DNA of 26,110 bases from a virus (IMGVR_UViG_3300023241_000014:1-26110); one strand, 5' to 3'; positions 1 to 8,148 are shown, numbered from the stretch's first letter. Translations and numbers: made by a program. Notes: generated by a model not told the origin, from the sequence alone.

Positions 1-7
1 GAACGAA

Positions 8-190
8 GTGGGAAAACAGGTAGAATCCGTAATTCCAAAGCTATCTAAGGAATGTATTGATTATATTATTATCAATGCAGGAAATGCAGCCCGTGATGGA
101 TTTTTAAGAGTTTATGACACAAGTAATAGAATAGGTGATCTTATAGAATTAATGGTTAATAATTTTAACAGTATTTTAAGGGGTGAATGA
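8..190 (+). CDS. hypothetical phage protein (may begin upstream of the window)
   Basis: 60-aa ORF; stop overlaps the next start (ATGA). Confidence 0.5.
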   Translation: MGKQVESVIPKLSKECIDYIIINAGNAARDGFLRVYDTSNRIGDLIELMVNNFNSILRGE

Positions 191-390
191 TGCCCGATCC
201 TAAATTTGCCCTCGAGGTATATTTCCCATGTTTCAGGGGACAAGAAAAGTACGTACAGGTGAACATAAGGAACTGGGAGCAATTCAAGAGGATCAAGGCA
301 GCAATATTGCCAGGACGTTTCAAAATAATCGCACCAGATAAAAACTTTACAACTTATCCAACCTTCTGTACTACTTACTTACTAACTTAA
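187..390 (+). CDS. hypothetical phage protein
   Basis: AAGGGGTG RBS and ATGA coupling; the 3' end runs through an ACTT repeat, so the true end is uncertain. Confidence 0.5.
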   Translation: MMPDPKFALEVYFPCFRGQEKYVQVNIRNWEQFKRIKAAILPGRFKIIAPDKNFTTYPTFCTTYLLT

Positions 391-428
391 TTGGATAAGT
401 GTATAAATGATAGCAAGTTACCCCTTGC

Positions 429-476
429 ATGGACGGGAAAAAGAACTTGACAATTTTCCCGTCCATTTTATTGTTA
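429..476 (+). promoter_or_regulatory. sigma70-like promoter whose -35 sits in the loop of a perfect 13-bp inverted repeat
   Basis: ATGGACGGGAAAA (429-441) / TTTTCCCGTCCAT (454-466); TTGACA 447-452; TATTGT 16 bp downstream. Confidence 0.65.
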
Positions 477-503
477 GCTTAGATTTAAAAAGGAGTGTAT
501 AAG

Positions 504-788
504 ATGAACAAAAGAGAAAAGGAATTGACCTTGAAGTATTGGAAAGAAAACAGACTGACCATTTATGATGTGAAAAGATTGGTTGTAAATGCCCCGTACT
601 TCTTCGTAAGGAAAACAATGTCATTTTTCAGACAAACATTAAGAGACTATCACGTCAATAAAACAGTCAACCAGGAAGTTTATTATATCAAGGCTGAAAG
701 CTGGGGGAATTGCGTAACAGAAAGATATTTTAATGTCATCGATCACAAATTTTATAGCGACCTTGACGCTGCGATAAAGGGGGAATAA
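504..788 (+). CDS. hypothetical phage protein
   Basis: AAGGAG RBS before ATG 504 (ORF track starts at GTG 495). Confidence 0.7.
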   Translation: MNKREKELTLKYWKENRLTIYDVKRLVVNAPYFFVRKTMSFFRQTLRDYHVNKTVNQEVYYIKAESWGNCVTERYFNVIDHKFYSDLDAAIKGE

Positions 789-790
789 TC

Positions 791-1000
791 ATGGAAGTTA
801 GCCTAAAAAGGTGGATAATCGTAATGAGATACGAAGGTACAATGTGGCAGCAGAAAAGCAATTTTGATAATGAGGCGTCAGCAATAGAGGCATTTGATAA
901 GTACTCAAAAGACAAACAAAGTTACGCGGTGGAATTGTGGTCGCCCAGAAAGTTTATAAAGGGAGGAGGTGGGTGTAACGGGGAAAAGGAGGAAAAATAA
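791..1000 (+). CDS. hypothetical phage protein
   Basis: 69-aa ORF, AAGGGGG RBS, tightly packed. Confidence 0.65.
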   Translation: MEVSLKRWIIVMRYEGTMWQQKSNFDNEASAIEAFDKYSKDKQSYAVELWSPRKFIKGGGGCNGEKEEK

Positions 1001-1176
1001 AAACCAAGAAAGTTAATAAACCAAAGCCAGAGCCAAAGTATTGTGACTGGTGCGGGTGTGAGATTAAGGGCAAAATATACCGATCCGGAGCCAACCTGAG
1101 ACGTATTTTATGTAGATCATGTTATCACATTAAGTCGGTCTATTCCCTTGGCAGTGACCAAATGGGAGGCAGATAA
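997..1176 (+). CDS. small zinc-finger protein (CDWC...CRSC), apparent ATA start
   Basis: 59-codon frame IKTKKVNKPKPEPKYCDWCGCEIKGKIYRSGANLRRILCRSCYHIKSVYSLGSDQMGGR fills the gap exactly; AAGGAGG at 986-992; TAATG coupling to the next gene. Confidence 0.6.
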   Translation: MKTKKVNKPKPEPKYCDWCGCEIKGKIYRSGANLRRILCRSCYHIKSVYSLGSDQMGGR

Positions 1177-1775
1177 TGGACGCAAGAGAAAGAGCAATTG
1201 AAGAATTGGAAAAGGCAAACCAGGCATTAAAGAATGACCTGAGAGAAATAAGAATAACTGTCCAGAAACTAAGGGATAGGGAAATATCAGACAGCCAGAA
1301 CTCAATCAATAAGGTCAATGCCAGTAACTATGTGAGGACTGAACTTAAGGCTTGTAAGCTGTATAAGAAGGGGGGAGAAATGATAAAGGGAGCCTGGAGA
1401 ATTGACGGCAATTGGTTTGCTATATTGAATAAGCGGTTCTGTTATATAGTTAGGGACTGCCACGTAAAGGGAGATAATAACAATATCCTACATGAGAGAA
1501 AGTTTATTACACCCAATGAATGCAGTAAGTTCAATATTTATGCTATCAGTGTAAAAGGTGATCAGGCTGGGATAGTACTAACATTAAGCGGAACTGAAGG
1601 TAAATCAGTTATCTGGACTGAATATCCTGATTGGAGTAACATTCAGAAGCTACTAACTGGTGATGAAATATGTAACTTCTACCATGATCCGCTGATTGTT
1701 ACACCAGGGGACACAAGATATAAGAAGTTCAGGGAGTACTATGATTACTATCTTGACTACAGGGGAATCAAGTGA
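1176..1775 (+). CDS. hypothetical protein; probably two genes (coiled-coil 1176-~1383 and a second from ATG 1380) joined at a G6 run
   Basis: 199-aa ORF with internal RBS AAGGGGGGAG and ATG at 1380. Confidence 0.6.
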   Translation: MDARERAIEELEKANQALKNDLREIRITVQKLRDREISDSQNSINKVNASNYVRTELKACKLYKKGGEMIKGAWRIDGNWFAILNKRFCYIVRDCHVKGDNNNILHERKFITPNECSKFNIYAISVKGDQAGIVLTLSGTEGKSVIWTEYPDWSNIQKLLTGDEICNFYHDPLIVTPGDTRYKKFREYYDYYLDYRGIK

Positions 1776-1807
1776 ATAGATAACCAATAACCAGTCAACC
1801 AAACCAC

Positions 1808-1844
1808 AAGCAGCCAGTCATTAATTGATTGGCTGCTTTTTTTT
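1808..1844 (+). terminator. intrinsic terminator
   Basis: AAGCAGCCAGTCA / TGATTGGCTGCTT stem followed by a T run. Confidence 0.85.
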
Positions 1845-1959
1845 ATTCAGATCAGGAATTAAATGAGATCAGAAGCCGAATGCAAAACAAATCATTTCAA
1901 ATTACTTTCAAGCCCTTATTATAACTCAAGAGGCGCTGCGGTGACTGAAAGTCGGCAAA

Positions 1960-2195
1960 TAGCCTTTTATTTATAATTATTAACTCTTCTTGTATTTATA
2001 TTATTATTACTATGCTTTAATATATTTCTTATATTAAATCTTTTATAATATATTTATACTAATAAGTTATATTAATATTATAAGAGTCATAGTGTAGGGA
2101 GCACGTCCCAGGATTGTGGATAACTTTTTACCACTTGTACACCTGTATAACCAATTTTCCACCCAACTTACTTAATTACTTACTTACTTATCATC
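1960..2195. other. AT-rich tract, DnaA box and ACTT array (origin-like region)
   Basis: very AT-rich 1965-2085; perfect TGTGGATAA 2115-2123; degenerate boxes to ~2163; (ACTT)n 2166-2190. Confidence 0.45.
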
Positions 2196-2253
2196 CTTGA
2201 GCTGCTGCCTGGTTTTCAGTCTCATTTTCTCATTCCAGGAACATTTAAAGTTA

Positions 2254-2283
2254 TTGACAAATATAAACACAGCTTTAAGTTTG
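2254..2283 (+). promoter_or_regulatory. promoter
   Basis: TTGACA-16 bp-TAAGTT(TG) upstream of an RBS and gene cluster. Confidence 0.6.
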
Positions 2284-2405
2284 GTTTTATCTCCGAAAGG
2301 GGAAATATGCTTATAGGTGGTAGATTATGTTAATTGAAAGATTAGGTGATTCACAGGCAATTGTGCTGACATGGAAAGGAAAGAATAAAACAAAAGGAGT
2401 GTAAT

Positions 2406-2648
2406 ATGAGAAGACAGGAACGGGCAATTGGTATGTTAGCAAAAGAGCTAATGCAATGTTTATCGTGTAAGGGCAGTAATTATATCAGTTATTGCAGGAA
2501 TTATGCCAAAGTAATAATAGAAAATGAATTATTCTATGATGATGAAACGGGCAAGTATTATGCAGATGGTGATGATGATGTGATTGAGGTCAGTAAGTTT
2601 GACACTAAAACAGGCAACCCAATCACAATTGATATTGGTGATATATAG
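2406..2648 (+). CDS. hypothetical phage protein
   Basis: AAGGAG RBS, 80 aa. Confidence 0.7.
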   Translation: MRRQERAIGMLAKELMQCLSCKGSNYISYCRNYAKVIIENELFYDDETGKYYADGDDDVIEVSKFDTKTGNPITIDIGDI

Positions 2649-2660
2649 AAAGGAGGTTAT

Positions 2661-3410
2661 ATGCAAATCCCACATCAACCAATAATTCTTAACCGGATTA
2701 AAGAACTAAATACTAATCCTAAGATTATCGGTCGGCACTTAGGTTTGTCAGAAAGGCAATCCTACAGAATTGTAAAAAGTTATAAGAAAAAAGATCAGGC
2801 AGCAGTAAGTTATGTGCTTGATCAGATTGAAAAGAAATTAGCCAAGTTAATGGCACAGGTACGCAAAGCAGAGAAAGAACACAATAACAAAGGAGACAAG
2901 ATGGATAAGAAAGAATTTGTAGTGCAGTCAGTGGTTGACGGTAAGGTCACGGGACAGTGTGTGGTGACTAATATTACCGGAGCGTTCGGCTCTCGTGACG
3001 GAATGGTAGCCGGCATAGAGGCAGCAATTAAGAGAGAGGCGTATGCTGTGGAGCTTAGGCGGGTCACGGGGCTGTATGAATCAATGGTGAAGATGAAGGA
3101 AGAAGTGATGGCAGAGCTTGAGGACATGAAGATAGAGCGGGACACATACAGGGACAACTTGAAGGTACTGAGGGGCGAGCAGATGGGACTTGATAAGGCT
3201 AATCTTACGATTGAGAGGTTGGAAAAGGATCTCAAAGAGACAATGCACCAAAGTGATTGGTACAGGGATGGATGGGTAGAAGCTACCAATAACTACAAGG
3301 AGCTATACGCCAGCATGCAGAAGGGCTTTGACCTGGTAGAGAAAGAGCTTGAGGGTGTTCAGGTTGTCTTGACGGGGGTGAGGATGGCAGGGATGACAAC
3401 GAATAGCTAA
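2661..3410 (+). CDS. N-terminal HTH-like segment plus coiled-coil protein; probable internal start at 2901
   Basis: AGGAGG RBS; IGRHLGLSERQSYRIV is HTH-like; internal AAGGAG-N5-ATG at 2901; heptad-rich C-terminal half. Confidence 0.65.
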   Translation: MQIPHQPIILNRIKELNTNPKIIGRHLGLSERQSYRIVKSYKKKDQAAVSYVLDQIEKKLAKLMAQVRKAEKEHNNKGDKMDKKEFVVQSVVDGKVTGQCVVTNITGAFGSRDGMVAGIEAAIKREAYAVELRRVTGLYESMVKMKEEVMAELEDMKIERDTYRDNLKVLRGEQMGLDKANLTIERLEKDLKETMHQSDWYRDGWVEATNNYKELYASMQKGFDLVEKELEGVQVVLTGVRMAGMTTNS

Positions 3411-3430
3411 CCTGTAAGCAGCCAGAGAAG

Positions 3431-3458
3431 AAACCCTTGAGCAATCGAGGGTTTTTTT
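3431..3458 (+). terminator. intrinsic terminator
   Basis: AAACCCTTGA-GCAA-TCGAGGGTTT stem with a GNRA loop, then a T run. Confidence 0.85.
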
Positions 3459-3921
3459 GTGTCCTCAATTCTAAGCACGTCAGACAGGCAGGAGTGAGAT
3501 GGAATAAGAAAGTGGAGTGATTACATTGTTTTGATATTAAGAGGGAGTGAGCAGGTCGTCAGGCGGGTAGGATGAAGGATGGTGGCGGGACGGCTGTTAT
3601 TATAATCATGCGAAGCATACCTTAGCTCTTCTCTTCATAACCTTTCATTACCAATAAGGCATCACCCCCTTTGCCCAGCCCGTGGTTACCGCCAGGTTGT
3701 ATTACTATTATTCCTCCCTCTCCATATCCCGTGGTTATTTCTAATAGTTGTCTTAAACATATCTCTTTAAAGCAGGATTGGAATATTGGTCACTTTGCAG
3801 ATCAAGATTGCATTGAATGTAACGCCCCTGGAATTTAACCCCCTACAGGGGTTTCTCTGGAGATTGGCTACCCCAAAAAATATCCTGAGTGAGAAAACAG
3901 AAACTCCTATTAAAGATAAAA

Positions 3922-3952
3922 CTTGACTTATTTTCAAGCAGTCAGAACTATG
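3922..3952 (+). promoter_or_regulatory. promoter -35 (TTGACT) overlapped by a CTTGA-N7-TCAAG palindrome
   Basis: CTTGA 3922-3926 / TCAAG 3934-3938; AAGGAGGTG RBS at 3962-3970; -10 poorly matched. Confidence 0.5.
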
Positions 3953-3975
3953 CCCGTGTTCAAGGAGGTGAATTA

Positions 3976-4122
3976 GTGGAATATTTCAAGTGCGAGAGTG
4001 GGGTTTTAGATATGGGGTTTGAATTTGACGGGTGTGAGCTTGACAAGGAATACTTCGATGATGCGGTTGAGCGGATAAGGAATCACTCTCAGCTTTATTT
4101 GGATTTTCAGGAGGATAAATGA
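3976..4122 (+). pseudogene. short ORF carrying only the C-terminal end of a beta-class N6/N4 DNA methyltransferase
   Basis: DMGFEFDGCELDKEYFDDAVERIRNH matches the post-motif-I tail of phage amino-MTases; motifs IV and I are absent; GTG 3976 follows a strong RBS. Confidence 0.7.
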
Positions 4123-4492
4123 CACTGAAAGAAACTATGATTTACTTAGAAGCCAATTTAATGCGACTTAAAGACGATATAATATTCAAGGGCGTAAAGT
4201 TGTCATCTAAAGAAAAAGAGCAGCTTACTCTTGAAATAGTGGTAATGAATCAGCAGGTTTCTGCCTGGCGTGAGATGTTGAAAACACGAAACCATCTCCA
4301 CCATGTTTAGATTGTGTTTATAACCGGCTTGATTGCTGTTATTTCATTGAGAACTGCCCTTACAGGATCGTGGATAATAAGCCATATAAGTTTGTCTGCC
4401 CTTTAGATATGACGTGTACCAGCAGTATTTTGCCGAGTACTTCAATTATAAGGTCTATGCGAGGTAGTGATGAAAAGAGTCGGATTGTATAA
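4119..4492 (+). CDS. hypothetical protein with a Cys-rich tail, apparently frameshifted near 4281
   Basis: ORF 4119-4310 plus a startless 72-codon frame 4274-4492 with 7 Cys; one extra A in AAAA 4281-4284 joins them. Confidence 0.45.
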
Positions 4493-5114
4493 TATAGAGC
4501 CAAAGATACATAATACAGCTTTAATGAAAATCAGCCAGTATCACAAGGATAACGGTGACCATGTTGAGTGGTATGTCGATTTTGAGCGTGATCTTTACGA
4601 CAAGATATACTGTTCGTCTCTGTTTGATTTTACCGATAAAAGCCAGGTTCCAGAAAATGCTATTTGCGGTGGAACTGGAAAAACATTATTAGCAATAGAA
4701 ATTTATAAACAATTCAAGAACCAGAATCCAAATATTGAGCATAGCTTTTCCAGAGCAAGGGAATTATATCGGCATTATCTATCAGTAATGATGTCAAGTT
4801 ACACTGATAAGGGTGATGCCATTAAAAAGGCAATAAGATGTTTTAGATCACAATTTGCAGTTTTAGACGATATTGGAGCAGAAAAGCCAAGAACAGAAGC
4901 AAGCAGAATGTTTATTGAGGATATTCTTGAAGATAGATATGAGTTCGCAAAAATCTATCCCTGCTGCTCAATCATCACAACTAACCTCACAGGTGAGGAA
5001 ATAGGGCAATTGTACGGACACCGGGTATTAGATAGGTTACATGAGATATTCACAATCATGGTGTTCAATGATCATAGTTTCCGGCAAGATCACACTGAGA
5101 TAATCGAGGGGTAG
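4467..5114 (+). CDS. chimera: N-terminus of a phage radical-SAM-like protein fused to the C-terminal part of a DnaC/IstB-like AAA+ ATPase
   Basis: N-term VGLYNIE..NTALMKISQYHKDNGDHVEWY..DKIYCSSLFDFT..GGTG; then GTGKT, Walker B FAVLDDIG, IITTNL, RVLDRL, SFR. Confidence 0.75.
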   Translation: MMKRVGLYNIEPKIHNTALMKISQYHKDNGDHVEWYVDFERDLYDKIYCSSLFDFTDKSQVPENAICGGTGKTLLAIEIYKQFKNQNPNIEHSFSRARELYRHYLSVMMSSYTDKGDAIKKAIRCFRSQFAVLDDIGAEKPRTEASRMFIEDILEDRYEFAKIYPCCSIITTNLTGEEIGQLYGHRVLDRLHEIFTIMVFNDHSFRQDHTEIIEG

Positions 5115-6124
5115 TGATGAAAATATTAAGCCTTTTTGATGGAATGAGTTGCGGTCGAATAGCATTAGAAAGAGCCGGCTTCAAGGTTGGTAAATATTAT
5201 GCTTCCGAGATAGATAAATGGGCTACCCTGGTCACAAGAAAGAATTATCCCAATACTATTCACTTAGGCGATATTACGGCATGGAAAGATTGGAAAATAG
5301 AGCAACCTGATATAATTATAGGCGGTTCACCGTGTCAGGGATTCAGTATTGCAGGTAAGCAGCTTAACTTTAATGATCCCAGATCAAAGCTATTCTTTAC
5401 ATTCGTGGATATTCTGAAACACTATAAACCTAAATATTTCCTTCTTGAGAACGTAGTGATGAAGCGTGAATATCTTGACGTTATTTCTGAGGCGTTGGGC
5501 GTGGAACCTATCAAGATCAATTCAGCTTTAGTCTCTGCCCAGAACCGGAAACGGCTTTATTGGACTAACATCCCAGGGATTGAGCAGCCAGAAGATTTAG
5601 GGATTGTTTTAAAGGATGTGCTGGAGCATAGCCCCGTTGGTGATAAATATAGAATAAGCAGTGATAGTAAGTTTATTCCTAAAGATATAACAACATCAGT
5701 TATAGACCCATATAATAAGAAATGTGTAAGTCCTGATAAGTCAACAACGCTAAGGCTAAATCACAGTAATGGTAACTGTTGGGTTGCTGATACTCAGATG
5801 CAAAAGGGATGTATTCAGATTGGAGAAGCCGACCTAAAAGGACACGATAGCATTAAGCGTGTTTATTCAGAGGATGGTAAGTCTCCTGCACTTACTACTA
5901 TGGGAGGTGGTCATCGAGAACCAAAGGTTGCTATTGATAAATTACAATGGAGAAAACTAACCCCCATAGAATGCGAAAGATTACAAACCGTTCCTGATAA
6001 ATATACGTTAGTTCCATGGAAAAATAGAATGATGAGTAATTCTCAAAGATATAAAATGCTCGGCAATGGCTGGACTGTAGATGTTATTGCTCATATTTTT
6101 AGTTATATGAAGGAGGAATTATGA
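5114..6124 (+). CDS. dcm: DNA (cytosine-5)-methyltransferase
   Basis: SLFDGMSCG (motif I), GGSPCQGFS (IV), LLENV (VI), QNRKRLYW (VIII), RKLTPIECERLQ (IX), YKMLGNGW (X). Confidence 0.93.
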   Translation: MMKILSLFDGMSCGRIALERAGFKVGKYYASEIDKWATLVTRKNYPNTIHLGDITAWKDWKIEQPDIIIGGSPCQGFSIAGKQLNFNDPRSKLFFTFVDILKHYKPKYFLLENVVMKREYLDVISEALGVEPIKINSALVSAQNRKRLYWTNIPGIEQPEDLGIVLKDVLEHSPVGDKYRISSDSKFIPKDITTSVIDPYNKKCVSPDKSTTLRLNHSNGNCWVADTQMQKGCIQIGEADLKGHDSIKRVYSEDGKSPALTTMGGGHREPKVAIDKLQWRKLTPIECERLQTVPDKYTLVPWKNRMMSNSQRYKMLGNGWTVDVIAHIFSYMKEEL

Positions 6125-6225
6125 AATGCAAAAACTGTCAATTCTGGAAACAGATTCCAGACTATGAATATGATCTATATATTGACCGGGAAAACTGGGA
6201 GGATAAAGATGATAGAAGGATTTGA
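6121..6225 (+). CDS. 34-aa mini-ORF (MKCKNCQFWK...), probable remnant
   Basis: AAGGAGG RBS and ATGA overlap with dcm; a single CxxC only. Confidence 0.5.
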   Translation: MKCKNCQFWKQIPDYEYDLYIDRENWEDKDDRRI

Positions 6226-6697
6226 GAACGAAACCCGAAAGCTAAATGGCATTGAAAAATATTGGATGCACTATTTATTTGAGACTTTTTACAACAATTT
6301 AAATATCCGGGAAAATGGGAAATCTTGGATAAATAAAACCTGCAACAGAATTGAAAATTGGAGGATTGGTAGAAATTCATTGCCAGTAGAATCGCGAATG
6401 AGAAAAATTATCCATGCAATAAGAACTCTAATCATAGAAAAGACAGCAAGGCGAGTATTGAACCAGGAAGACATGGACTATTTACCGGAGAGCTATAAGC
6501 GACTATTTTGGATTGATGCAAACAGTAAAGGGTATATGCCGACACAGAATAAAGAGCAAATAGAGAAGCATATTAAATCACTTAAGGAAAGAGTTCTGCA
6601 AATTCAGCAATGCGTGATTTCAGCAGAGGAAGTTCTGGAAGCAATCAGGAAATTAGAAAAGTATAAAATGCTAAGGAGAGGAAATGGGCTTAAATAA
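6209..6697 (+). CDS. conserved hypothetical phage protein (possible winged helix)
   Basis: GGAGG RBS before ATG 6209; MIEGFENET.., RMRKIIHAIR, ANSKGY pattern recalled from phage proteins. Confidence 0.65.
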   Translation: MIEGFENETRKLNGIEKYWMHYLFETFYNNLNIRENGKSWINKTCNRIENWRIGRNSLPVESRMRKIIHAIRTLIIEKTARRVLNQEDMDYLPESYKRLFWIDANSKGYMPTQNKEQIEKHIKSLKERVLQIQQCVISAEEVLEAIRKLEKYKMLRRGNGLK

Positions 6698-7508
6698 GCA
6701 GGCTGGTAATATGTACCCCGACATCAGCCACACATGGAATCCGTTAATTGGTGAGTGTCCGCATAAATGCAGCTATTGTTCTACTAATAAGTTGCGTGAA
6801 AGATACCCTGAAATGGAAAATAGATATTCAGGAGAATTAAGGCTGAGTGAAAAGCATTTTGAAGATAATTTTGGAGGTGGGAAAACTATTTTTGTATGTG
6901 CTCAAAATGATCTATTTGCCAGGGCAGTGCCGGAAAAGTTTATCACAAGAATTTTTGATCACTGCAAAAAATATCCCAACAACAAATATTACTTCCAGTC
7001 AAAAAACCCAATAAGAATGGTAAAATACGTTTTTGACTTTCCACCCGAAACTGTAATTTTAACCACAATAGAGACTAACAGGGAAATATATATTGGTCAT
7101 TATTCAGGCGGATTAAGGGCAAAGAATAGAGCGATAGCAATGGCATTCTTCCATAATGCAATTATCACCATTGAACCAATCATGCAATTTGATTTAAATC
7201 AATTCGTTAAATTGATCAACCATAATGTTATACATTGTGCCTGGGATGATCCAGATTATGACATGATCCCAAAGATAAAAGAAATAGTTAAATACATAAA
7301 GCCTTATAAACTTATGTGCTATGTCTTAATCGGGTTTGACTCTACCGTAGATCAGGATTTAATGAGAGTGGAAAAATTGGAAGAATATGATATTTCACCT
7401 TTCGTAATGCCTTATAATAAATCAAACACCTATCAGAAACGGTTTGCCAGATGGGTTAATAATAAAGCTATTTTTAAATCAGTTAAATGGGAAGATTATA
7501 AAGGGTAA
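6684..7508 (+). CDS. chimera: DUF5131/Gp37-Gp68-like radical-SAM protein fused to the C-terminus of a second radical-SAM-like family
   Basis: TWNPLIGECPHKCSYC (CxxxCxxC), IFVCAQNDLF, FQSKNP, ITIEPI; then IHCAWD..MCYVLIGFDST..DLMRV..PFVMPY..FARWVN. Confidence 0.75.
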   Translation: MGLNKQAGNMYPDISHTWNPLIGECPHKCSYCSTNKLRERYPEMENRYSGELRLSEKHFEDNFGGGKTIFVCAQNDLFARAVPEKFITRIFDHCKKYPNNKYYFQSKNPIRMVKYVFDFPPETVILTTIETNREIYIGHYSGGLRAKNRAIAMAFFHNAIITIEPIMQFDLNQFVKLINHNVIHCAWDDPDYDMIPKIKEIVKYIKPYKLMCYVLIGFDSTVDQDLMRVEKLEEYDISPFVMPYNKSNTYQKRFARWVNNKAIFKSVKWEDYKG

Positions 7509-7517
7509 GGGGATTAT

Positions 7518-8105
7518 ATGAAGATACTATTAGCCTGCGAGGAAAGCCAAGCGGTTTGTATAGAAATGCGTAAGCGTGGACATGAAGCATATTCTTGTGA
7601 TCTGCTGCCATGCTCAGGCGGGCATCCTGAGTGGCATGTTCAAGATGATGTTTTGAAGCACCTGGGCGATGGGTGGGATATGATGATTGCTTTTCCGCCA
7701 TGCACATATACAAGTAACGCTGGTGCTCGGTTTTTATACCCCAATGGAATATTGAATGAAGATAGATTAGCGATGGGTATGGCTGGTAAGGATTTCTTTA
7801 TGAAATTGCTGAATGCTCCTATCGATAAGATTGTTATTGAAAATCCAGTATCGAGCAGAATTTTTAATATGCCAAAGCATACTCAGCAAATACAGCCATT
7901 TATGTTCGGAGAGCCTGTTCAGAAAAAGACAAGGTTATGGATTAAGGGGGGGCTGCCTTTATTGCAAAGCACAAATATTGTAAAACCATTACAAAGTTGC
8001 CATAATGCACACACATGGTTTAGTAAAGGCGGAAAAGATAGACAAAAAAATAGGAGTAAAACATTCCCTGGAATTGCTAAAGCTATGGCAGAACAATGGG
8101 GTTAA
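7518..8105 (+). CDS. small phage DNA-cytosine methyltransferase-like protein
   Basis: ILLACEESQ, YSCDLLP, IAFPPCTY, IENP, RSKTFPGIAKAMAEQWG. Confidence 0.85.
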   Translation: MKILLACEESQAVCIEMRKRGHEAYSCDLLPCSGGHPEWHVQDDVLKHLGDGWDMMIAFPPCTYTSNAGARFLYPNGILNEDRLAMGMAGKDFFMKLLNAPIDKIVIENPVSSRIFNMPKHTQQIQPFMFGEPVQKKTRLWIKGGLPLLQSTNIVKPLQSCHNAHTWFSKGGKDRQKNRSKTFPGIAKAMAEQWG

Positions 8106-8106
8106 T

Positions 8107-8148
8107 AAAAGATCAGCGGGCGTCCCAACGAGGAGAAAGGACGCCCGC
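8107..8148 (-). terminator. intrinsic terminator (minus strand; possibly bidirectional)
   Basis: 10-bp GC stem GCGGGCGTCC 8116-8125 / GGACGCCCGC 8139-8148; T-rich tail on the minus strand. Confidence 0.65.

Noticed and set aside
3590-3618. dif/Xer site (minus strand GCTTCGCATGA-TTATAA-...)
   Set aside because: Only the XerC-like arm matches. The XerD-like TTATGTTAATT at 2325 conversely lacks a XerC arm.
3889-3975. N-terminal extension of ORF 3889-4122
   Set aside because: Overlaps the promoter; a strong RBS points to GTG 3976.
5114-8105. Restriction-modification system
   Set aside because: No recognisable endonuclease; the methyltransferases look like orphan phage enzymes.
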